Of a stretch of 64,000 bases of DNA, positions 57,325 to 64,000 are shown one piece after another. Numbering within the stretch: the first letter of the stretch is position 1; every line of letters starts with the position of its first letter. The DNA is taken from IMG/VR virus record IMGVR_UViG_3300049049_000237, positions 127,682-191,681 of that record; one strand, given 5' to 3'. The notes under the pieces were generated by a model, which saw only the letters and a list, made by a program, of their open reading frames with translations, made no database searches and was not told the DNA's origin. The position numbers and the translations under genes were made by a program. This DNA comes from a virus.

Positions 57325-57697
57325 TGGTCGTTCCCTTCTTGCCTTCCTTGGCCTGCGCCCGCACCGCCTCGGCGATCTTGTCGTCCTCGGTCTGGGCAGG
57401 CAGCGCCGCGGCGGCCGGTGCACCACCACCTCCGATCGGCGCGTTCTGGAGCTCTTCGAGTCGAGCATCGATGAGCTCGATCTCATGCTCCATGTCGATG
57501 ATCGCGTCTTCGATGTGCGACGCGGGCACGAAGGCGAGGTCGTCTCGCGTGATGCGCGACTCCGGCGGGCCGGCGTCGGTCTTCGTGTACACGTTGCGTA
57601 GATGCGACTTGTTGACGTCGAGGATCGCCCGCCGCGACCGCAGCTTGCTGATCGTCTCCATCACTTCGGCGATGGTCTTGGGCGCTTCCATAGTCAT
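57287..57697 (-). CDS. Coiled-coil hypothetical protein
   Basis: 136-aa ORF within the operon. Confidence 0.7.
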   Translation of the reverse strand: MTMEAPKTIAEVMETISKLRSRRAILDVNKSHLRNVYTKTDAGPPESRITRDDLAFVPASHIEDAIIDMEHEIELIDARLEELQNAPIGGGGAPAAAALPAQTEDDKIAEAVRAQAKEGKKGTTSGKTRAQGSRPD

Positions 57698-57700
57698 TGC

Positions 57701-58411
57701 TCAGGCGCGAAGGAACGCGTTGATGCAGTGACCCAGTGTAGCACCAGATGCGGTGTCCTTGATCATCTGCGCGAGCGTGTACCGCACCCACTGGTGCTCG
57801 TTGTAGAGCCTGTGGAGCTTCTCGCCGCCCGAGGACTTCTCCTTCTCCTCCTCGGTCGTCTTGCGCAGATCGCCCTTCAGGATGCAGATGCGGAGATCGG
57901 CGTTGCAGTCGAGCCGATAGAACATCCGCGTCACGAGCGCTGCCCAGTTCTGGGTGGTCAGCTTCGCGTAGACCTGCCCGATGAGCTCGCGATCGCGGCT
58001 CGGCGTCTCGCAGACCGGGCACACCGCCACCTTGCCCTGGATGGCGATCGGCGGGAGCGGCGTCGCGCAGAGCTTCGTGTGGCCGTTCTTCTCCACCTTG
58101 TTCGGGCAGAAGTAGACCATCTCGTCGCCGCCTCCGTGCAGGAAGCCTCCGTTCGTGTACGCGACGAGCAAGCCGTCGTACGGACGATGGATGCTGCGCC
58201 CCTTGTTGAACATCACGTCGAGGAGGAAGCGCGAGCGGACCTGGTCCTCCTGAGCCCGCAGCGCCTTCATCGTGCGCTCGACGCGCTCGGCGACCTCGGG
58301 CGACAGGACCATGCCCTGTGCCGCCTCCACCATGTCGTAGATGGAGTCGTCACCGGTCAGTCGACCGATCGCAGACCTGCCATCGGGTCCGACGAGTCCT
58401 GCGTCACCCAC
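57701..58411 (-). CDS. Hypothetical protein with Zn finger
   Basis: FCP...C...CPVC; AAGGAG SD. Confidence 0.75.
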   Translation of the reverse strand: MGDAGLVGPDGRSAIGRLTGDDSIYDMVEAAQGMVLSPEVAERVERTMKALRAQEDQVRSRFLLDVMFNKGRSIHRPYDGLLVAYTNGGFLHGGGDEMVYFCPNKVEKNGHTKLCATPLPPIAIQGKVAVCPVCETPSRDRELIGQVYAKLTTQNWAALVTRMFYRLDCNADLRICILKGDLRKTTEEEKEKSSGGEKLHRLYNEHQWVRYTLAQMIKDTASGATLGHCINAFLRA

Positions 58412-58673
58412 TGCTGTTCTCCTTCTTCGGAAGCGGCATGATCGAGATGCCGCCCATCTCGAAGTCCACCGCCACCATGACGTTCGCGATCTCCGTGCCC
58501 GACGTCAGTGTTCCGCGCATCGCGTGAACCTTCGGCAGGTTCGAGCGCACGCTGAGTTGAATCACCACGACGCCGCTGAACAGCAACTTGACCCGCTCCC
58601 ACAGGCTCAAGCGGATCGCGTACGGCGTCTCCATGCTGACCGGAGCGGTCTGCGTGACCGTGATGTGTTCCAT
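58404..58673 (-). CDS. Small hypothetical protein
   Basis: TGATG coupling; LSLWERVKLLFSG. Confidence 0.65.
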   Translation of the reverse strand: MEHITVTQTAPVSMETPYAIRLSLWERVKLLFSGVVVIQLSVRSNLPKVHAMRGTLTSGTEIANVMVAVDFEMGGISIMPLPKKENSSG

Positions 58674-59128
58674 CACCCACCGATCGCGGTGAAGGCCGAG
58701 GCGACGACCTGCGATGCGACGTCCATCTCGCCGCGCTTGTACGCCCCGCGGAACTTCCCGGCGCGTGGGTCGGGCGTCAGATTCTCCTGCCCGATGAGCT
58801 CGATCTCGTTCACCTCGACGCCGGCCCTCAACGCGTTGAGCGCGGCCTGCACGCACATGTGCTGCGCCTGCTTGGTGTTGCCGCTCAGCACGATGCGCCA
58901 GCGGTACTTCATCACGCCACGCTCGGAGTAGAACACCTTGCTGACGTCGACACCCCACGCGGTGGCTCGCTCTGCGGAGCCGAGGACGGTGTCCATCCAC
59001 GTCTTCCACCGCAGGGGCACGATCTGCTCACGCGTCGGTACGCGGACCAGAACGACGATGTTGTCACCCTGCTTCTTGGCGTCGAGGATGACGAAGCCGG
59101 CCTTCGCGAAGACCTGATCGAGCTTCAT
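58673..59128 (-). CDS. Hypothetical protein
   Basis: GGAG SD; operon packing. Confidence 0.72.
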   Translation of the reverse strand: MKLDQVFAKAGFVILDAKKQGDNIVVLVRVPTREQIVPLRWKTWMDTVLGSAERATAWGVDVSKVFYSERGVMKYRWRIVLSGNTKQAQHMCVQAALNALRAGVEVNEIELIGQENLTPDPRAGKFRGAYKRGEMDVASQVVASAFTAIGG

Positions 59129-59129
59129 G

Positions 59130-59633
59130 TCAGACTCCCAAGTCGACGGTCACGCCGACGTCTGCACTGGTGAGGAAGAGCGAGTGGGGCGGCGTACCGA
59201 GCACCACGATCCGGTTGTTCGTGTGCATCGGGTTCACCGCGATGAGCGGGATGCCGAAGAACTTCTTCCCCGCCGGCAGCTTCAGACCGAGCCACGCGCT
59301 GAACACCATCCGCCCAGGCGTCAGGATGGCGTGCGGCTCTCGGCCCCGCTCGACGACCTTCGCGATCGCCGCGTGCAGCACGTAGAACGCGTGCTCGGCG
59401 GGATCGAACGGAACGGTGACGAGCTCGATGTGCTGGAGCAGGAACGGGACGTCGATCTCGTCCGACCCGTCCGGCACCACTGGTTCGTCCTCGTGCGCGA
59501 CCTCGCGCGTCACATGGATGCCGTCGGGGCGCAGAGCGACTTCGAGGACGCTGGGCTGGAACGCTGCGCGATCGATGTACGAGAGGACTCCGTGCCGCGA
59601 CTTCGGCAGGGGCTCGATGTGCACCTTCTTCAC
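59130..59633 (-). CDS. Hypothetical protein
   Basis: GGAGG SD before GTG 59633. Confidence 0.7.
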   Translation of the reverse strand: MKKVHIEPLPKSRHGVLSYIDRAAFQPSVLEVALRPDGIHVTREVAHEDEPVVPDGSDEIDVPFLLQHIELVTVPFDPAEHAFYVLHAAIAKVVERGREPHAILTPGRMVFSAWLGLKLPAGKKFFGIPLIAVNPMHTNNRIVVLGTPPHSLFLTSADVGVTVDLGV

Positions 59634-59863
59634 GTAACGGCCTCCAGGATCGTCTTCGACGTCGAGTCGACCTGCTCGCGCAGGCGGAGGACCGCTTCGA
59701 CGATGACGGCCGAAGCTCCGCCAGGACGAAGCTGGCCCTGCTCCTCGACCCACGTGTCGACTTCGACAGGAAAGCGAACCGTGCGCGGCTTGGCCTTGGT
59801 CTTAGCCTTGCGCTTCGCTTCCGTCGTAGCGTCCTTCTTTTTCTTGCCTGCCTGTGGCGGCAT
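59630..59863 (-). CDS. Ribbon-helix-helix-like DNA-binding protein
   Basis: Basic N-terminus, RTVRFP strand, then two helices (..SAVIVEAV). Confidence 0.62.
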   Translation of the reverse strand: MPPQAGKKKKDATTEAKRKAKTKAKPRTVRFPVEVDTWVEEQGQLRPGGASAVIVEAVLRLREQVDSTSKTILEAVT

Positions 59864-59896
59864 GCGAAGGAGCATACGAGAGCATACGTGACGGGG

Positions 59897-60172
59897 TCAA
59901 GTCGCTTCGATCAACAGCAAGCCGTCGAGATGCGCGCCGAGGCCGGGGAACGCCGGGAAGGTCTCCTGGATGCGCCGCACGACGTGACGGTGAAGAGCGT
60001 CGAGGTCTTCCTCCGTGTCGGTGATGGCGTTCATCGCGATGAGCGTGCGGAGTTCCAGCTCCAGGTTCGTCTTGAGCTTCACGTGCGTGGCGAGCCAGAA
60101 GGGCAGCCACATCCAACGGATCTCGAACGAGCCATCGATCAAGTCGATGATGCGCAGGCGGGGCTTCGACAT
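59897..60172 (-). CDS. Hypothetical protein
   Basis: AAGGA SD. Confidence 0.7.
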   Translation of the reverse strand: MSKPRLRIIDLIDGSFEIRWMWLPFWLATHVKLKTNLELELRTLIAMNAITDTEEDLDALHRHVVRRIQETFPAFPGLGAHLDGLLLIEAT

Positions 60173-60184
60173 GTTCTTGTTCCT

Positions 60185-60775
60185 TCAGGTACTGAACGAC
60201 GCCGTGAAGAGCTCGACGGACGTCCCGAGGCAGATGTCCACGAGGGACACCACGTACTCTCCGGACAGCCCCACGGGAGGGGTCGCACGGAGAACGCCCG
60301 CGAGCTCGCCGGACGTCGGGACATCATCGGAAGTCGTCGCGGGCGTGTCGAGTACGATCGGCAGCGGGAGGCCGTAGTAGGGCGAGACCTCGACGGTGTG
60401 CTGCGTGGCTCCCTGCGTGAAGCGAACGCGCAAGCACGTGACGAGCGACGCGTCGGTCGCGATCACGTAGACGAGGCCGCTGGCCACGTAGCCGCCGAAC
60501 GCTCCTACGCCACCAGTGGCGACGGCGCTGCGAGTGCGGCCGCAGCTCTCGCAGTTCAAGAAGCGCATCGGCCGCGCCACATCGAGATCGAAGAGGCCCC
60601 ACATGGACGAGCCCCCTGCACCGAAGACGGTGCCGAAGGGGGCTGTACCAAAGCCTGCGCTCTCGGTGTCGGGCGAGAAGTGGACCCAGCGCTCGACGGT
60701 CTCGTCGACGGTGCGTACGGTCTCCCGGAACTTCCGGTAACCGCAGACACACTTCATGTTGGGATCGGCCGCCAC
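60185..60775 (-). CDS. Zn-ribbon + Ig-like hypothetical protein
   Basis: CVCG...CESCG; GFGTAPFG motif. Confidence 0.68.
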   Translation of the reverse strand: MAADPNMKCVCGYRKFRETVRTVDETVERWVHFSPDTESAGFGTAPFGTVFGAGGSSMWGLFDLDVARPMRFLNCESCGRTRSAVATGGVGAFGGYVASGLVYVIATDASLVTCLRVRFTQGATQHTVEVSPYYGLPLPIVLDTPATTSDDVPTSGELAGVLRATPPVGLSGEYVVSLVDICLGTSVELFTASFST

Positions 60776-60788
60776 GGACCGAAGCGTA

Positions 60789-61049
60789 TCACGTTCTCGT
60801 TTTGAGCTCGGACGGTAGGGCGAGGCGCGTCGTCACCTCGTCGTCCGCCCACTCGTTCGGCATATTGATCGGTTCAGGCGGAGGGATGGTCACGCCCGCG
60901 ACCGTCTGGCTGATGATGCGCTGACGCCGCACTCTTGCGCGCGACTTCTTCGCCGCGTCGGCAGACTCCTCCGCCGCCTTCATCAGCTTCTGTGCTGCGC
61001 GGTTGAACGGCCGGAGAGCCATCAGAGCCGCGTCCTTCGTTGCCGCCAT
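60789..61049 (-). CDS. Small hypothetical protein
   Basis: GGAGG SD. Confidence 0.65.
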   Translation of the reverse strand: MAATKDAALMALRPFNRAAQKLMKAAEESADAAKKSRARVRRQRIISQTVAGVTIPPPEPINMPNEWADDEVTTRLALPSELKTRT

Positions 61050-61077
61050 CGAGTTCCTCCCTCGTCTCGCCAGGTAC

Positions 61078-61584
61078 TCACCGCGACCTAAATCGCGCGC
61101 GAATCTCTTCGGATAGTGAGGTCAAGAGCGACGCGAGCTTCCTCAGCTCCTCTGCCGATTCCTTGTGCGCTTCGCGCTGCTCGGTCGCAGCGTCCTTGTG
61201 CACGTACAAGGCCGACGACGTGCTCTCCATGACGATGGTGCATTGCCGCACCACCTCGAACATCTGCTTGTGGACGGCCTCGGAATCCGAGATGCGAGCC
61301 TGGTGGACAGCGGAGAGCTCAGCGCGGTGCTTCGTCTCACTCTCACGGAGCTGCCGGAGCAAATCGTCACGCTCTGCGCGATGTGCCTTGTCCTGATCTT
61401 CGCGCTCGGCCTTGTGTGACGAGAGCAGGGATTTACGTTCATCGATGAAGTGCCTCCACAGCACCACGATGACCGTGGCGAAGATGATCACGACAGCGCC
61501 AAGGACGCCCGCGTTCAAGATCGTACTGAAGGCCCCTGCCACGGGAATGTCGTCCATGATGCTGCTCAACCTCTCTGCGCTCAC
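61078..61584 (-). CDS. Single-TM coiled-coil protein (BhlA-type holin-like)
   Basis: GVLGAVVIIFATVIVVLW TM followed by a long coiled coil. Confidence 0.6.
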   Translation of the reverse strand: MSAERLSSIMDDIPVAGAFSTILNAGVLGAVVIIFATVIVVLWRHFIDERKSLLSSHKAEREDQDKAHRAERDDLLRQLRESETKHRAELSAVHQARISDSEAVHKQMFEVVRQCTIVMESTSSALYVHKDAATEQREAHKESAEELRKLASLLTSLSEEIRARFRSR

Positions 61585-61720
61585 AGCGCCGACGTGCGTC
61601 GGTTAGGCTACTTCTCGTACCACTCGGGCCTCCAGAGGTTTCTGCTCCAACCGGGCAGTCTTCTCCGCGCTCGATGTCGTCCGCAACGCGCGGATGTGAT
61701 CCGAGTACTCGCAGTACGGA

Positions 61721-62146
61721 TCAGAACTCGTCGGAGTCGCTGATGCCGAGTTGTTGTTCGAGTCGTCGGATACGTCGCTGCTCGGGCGTGAGGATTCGCT
61801 CCGGATCGCGACGCTCGCTGAAGCGGAACCCGTCGGGCTGGTTCTGGCGGTAACGGTCGCCAACTCCGCCCTGCATCAAGCGCTTCGGGCTCGCGGGATC
61901 GTTCGGGTGTCGATGCGGATCTTCTTGGATCCACGTCGAGTCCGCGATCGCGCCGTAGCGCGCACGCCATTCAGCTCCTCCGAAGAGTCCGCGATCGTTC
62001 ATCGACTGGATCACATCCAGCGTCGCCTTGACCGACTGCACCACGAAGTCCCTGCCAGTGTTGGCGGGATCGGTCGGAGCGCAGACAGCCCAGTACGTCG
62101 GGATCCCGTCGCCCAGCACCGCGAAGACCGTGCGAATCGTCGCCAT
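61721..62146 (-). CDS. Hypothetical protein
   Basis: GAGG SD; 141 aa. Confidence 0.7.
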   Translation of the reverse strand: MATIRTVFAVLGDGIPTYWAVCAPTDPANTGRDFVVQSVKATLDVIQSMNDRGLFGGAEWRARYGAIADSTWIQEDPHRHPNDPASPKRLMQGGVGDRYRQNQPDGFRFSERRDPERILTPEQRRIRRLEQQLGISDSDEF

Positions 62147-62158
62147 CTCAAACCTCGC

Positions 62159-63121
62159 TCAGTAGTAGATCAGGCAGAGCCCGTCCGAGCCCCTACCGCC
62201 TGCGCCGCCGGAACCACCCAAGCCTCCGGTCGTGCCCGCGCCACCGCCACCACCAGAGCCGCCGCCACCACCGCCGCGACCATTCAGTCCATCGGTACCC
62301 GCGGTGCCGTTCGACCCGACAACACCAGTGCCGGCGCTGTTGCCCGCACCACCGTTGCCCCCGCTACCTCCAACACCATCTGCCGCGGTCGCAGCAGCTT
62401 CGGTGCCCATGATGCACTCGTCGCCGCGACCTCCGTTGCGTCCAGCACCGCCTCCGCCGCCCCCACCGTGCGTGCCGCCCGACTGAGCGCCGCCGGTTCC
62501 CGCAGCCGCCGGTGTGTTGAACGGAGCGACGAAGCGTACGCCCGAAGGGATCCCCGACAACGAGTTGCCTTGGCCCGCAACACCCGGAGCACCACCATCG
62601 CCACCCGACTGTGCGGTGACATCACCCTGCGTACCTTCGCCGTAGCCGAGCCCCGAGCCACCAACAGCGCCCGTCGCTCCGCCAGCCGCGGCCGTCCCAG
62701 CGCTCGGTGCGTTCGACACCGCTCCACCGCCCGTTGCGCCAGCGGCAGTGTTCTGACGGCCGACAAGTACAAGTACGTTCACGCCGCGCGAGATCGAGGA
62801 GACGCTGCCACCCGTACCAGCCGTAGGAGATGCACCACCAGGCGTCTGCCCACTGCCGCCGGCACCACCGGCACCGATGATGATGTCGAGCGTCTCCCCG
62901 GGCGTGACGGCGATCGGCCCGAACGGTTCGCTGCCGGCACCGCCCCCTCCACCAGCACCGCGAGCTCCGCCGCCACCGCCGCCCGATGCGCCGCTGAAGC
63001 CCGCGCCTCCTGCGCGCCCGCCGGCACCGCCCGCAGCTCCGGGACGAATGCGTCCCCAGATCGCATGCACGCCCGCGGGCACGACCCACGGTCCACTGCT
63101 CGTGATCGTTGCGACCGGCAT
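62159..63121 (-). CDS. Glycine-rich domain protein (tail fibre-associated)
   Basis: WVVPAGV...GAAGG...VTPGETLDI.IGAGG...GSDG. Confidence 0.8.
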   Translation of the reverse strand: MPVATITSSGPWVVPAGVHAIWGRIRPGAAGGAGGRAGGAGFSGASGGGGGGARGAGGGGGAGSEPFGPIAVTPGETLDIIIGAGGAGGSGQTPGGASPTAGTGGSVSSISRGVNVLVLVGRQNTAAGATGGGAVSNAPSAGTAAAGGATGAVGGSGLGYGEGTQGDVTAQSGGDGGAPGVAGQGNSLSGIPSGVRFVAPFNTPAAAGTGGAQSGGTHGGGGGGGAGRNGGRGDECIMGTEAAATAADGVGGSGGNGGAGNSAGTGVVGSNGTAGTDGLNGRGGGGGGSGGGGGAGTTGGLGGSGGAGGRGSDGLCLIYY

Positions 63122-64000
63122 TACGCTGCTCTCCAGAGCACGACGGCGATGCCGTCAGAACCCTTCCCGCCGTTGCCTCCCGCACCGCTCGCGCTGGAAC
63201 CCGTGTTCCCGCCGCCCGACTGCGCACCACCACCCGACGCCGAAGCGCCGTTGCGGATGACCAGCGAGAGAGACCTCGACTGCGCCGCCGACTGTCCAGT
63301 GCCGGTCCCGTTGGACCCTGCGACGGTTGCACCTCCGTTGCCGCCGTTCTGTCCGACAGTCGACGCGCCCACGGTGCCCACGCCGACACCTGCGGTGTTA
63401 GCAGTTGTAGTTGCGGTACCACCCGTCGGCGTGATCGTGCCGCCTGCCGAACGAACACCACCACCGCCGCCCGAAGCACCTTCAGTCGTCGTGCGCCCCT
63501 GACTCGCGATGACCGTCGCTCCGCGAGCGATCGTCGTCGGAGTGCCAGAAGATCCCGCTGCTGCGGGGTTCGCTCCTGCGCTGATCACGCCGTTGCCTGC
63601 TCCGACACCAGCCGCAGCAACCTGCCCAGTGCCACCCGCACCGCCCGCACCGATCGTGACGTCGATCGTCTCGCCCGGCGTGAGGTCGGTCTCGATCCAC
63701 GAGCCCGATGCTGAACCGCCTGCTGCGCCGCCCTTGCCCCCAGCACCACCACCAGCACCCGCAGCGTTCGCAGCGCCGGAACCTCCAGCACCACCACCGC
63801 CACCACCGCCAGCACCAGCACGAAGGAACCAGATCGCCGAGTCGACACCCGCAGGGACAACCCACGTCCCCGTGGCCGCGATCACCTGTCCGTAGAAGCC
63901 CGTAACGAAGATCGCGACGCCGTCGGAGCCCTTGCCACCGGTGCCTCCGTTGCCTCCGAGACCGCCCGCGCCTCCGCTGTTCGCGCCGCCTCCACCACCC
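63121..64000 (-). CDS. Glycine-rich tandem-domain protein (partial, starts beyond right edge)
   Basis: Frame stays open past 63885 (…GGKGSDGVAIFVTGFYGQVIAATGTWVVPAGV…), so at least two modules are in one ORF. Confidence 0.8.
   Translation of the reverse strand, partial: GGGGGANSGGAGGLGGNGGTGGKGSDGVAIFVTGFYGQVIAATGTWVVPAGVDSAIWFLRAGAGGGGGGGAGGSGAANAAGAGGGAGGKGGAAGGSASGSWIETDLTPGETIDVTIGAGGAGGTGQVAAAGVGAGNGVISAGANPAAAGSSGTPTTIARGATVIASQGRTTTEGASGGGGGVRSAGGTITPTGGTATTTANTAGVGVGTVGASTVGQNGGNGGATVAGSNGTGTGQSAAQSRSLSLVIRNGASASGGGAQSGGGNTGSSASGAGGNGGKGSDGIAVVLWRAA

Larger units (their letters stand above)
1..64000. mobile_element. Segment of a large tailed bacteriophage genome (probably contractile-tailed)
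   Basis: Phage-type replisome operon, baseplate J-like and gp25-like genes, tape-measure-like gene, holin/spanin-like genes, dNMP kinase, lone tRNA; no host housekeeping genes; tightly overlapping ORFs. Confidence 0.93.

Noticed and set aside
61603-61863. Programmed frameshift extension of 61721..62146
   Set aside because: No slippery heptamer seen; the region after the stop is better explained by a hairpin (TGATCCG...CGGATCA) and a promoter-like TAGCCT.
1-64000. Prophage boundaries, integrase, RT/DGR, introns or inteins
   Set aside because: No att-like junction, recombinase or reverse transcriptase motifs seen; PolA, DnaB and RecA motifs are contiguous without insertions.

Overview
The window is a gene-dense, GC-rich segment of a large tailed phage genome, probably a myovirus-type virus. 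A myxobacterial host is suggested only by inference. Layout: (i) 1.3-19.2 kb, + strand replication/recombination operon (SF2 helicase, family-4 UDG-like protein, DnaB-like helicase, DnaG-like primase, Zn-rich SSB-like protein, PolA, RecA, PD-(D/E)XK nucleases, RusA). (ii) 19.2-52.2 kb, mostly - strand lysis and tail/baseplate block that also carries a SNF2 ATPase, an SGNH esterase and a sigma70-family factor. (iii) 52.2-56.8 kb, + strand dNMP kinase and accessory genes. (iv) 56.8-64 kb, - strand small genes and glycine-rich proteins. The standout is a small + strand cassette at 46544-46957: promoter-like motif, 47-aa membrane ORF, an Asn-rich 12-codon leader ORF (MHFTANTNNTQM), mutually exclusive 1:2 / 2:3 / 3:4 hairpins, then an atypical tRNA-Asn(GTT). 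This looks like a ribosome-mediated attenuator that makes a phage tRNA only when the cognate host tRNA is depleted. Also seen: two recurring promoter classes (a CCTATCA motif and leaderless TAnnCT-N6/7-start), strong lysine depletion in virion proteins, K-x-A-rich proteins, and altered catalytic motifs in UDG, RecA and primase. All calls were made by eye from motifs and context; no searches or folding programs were run.
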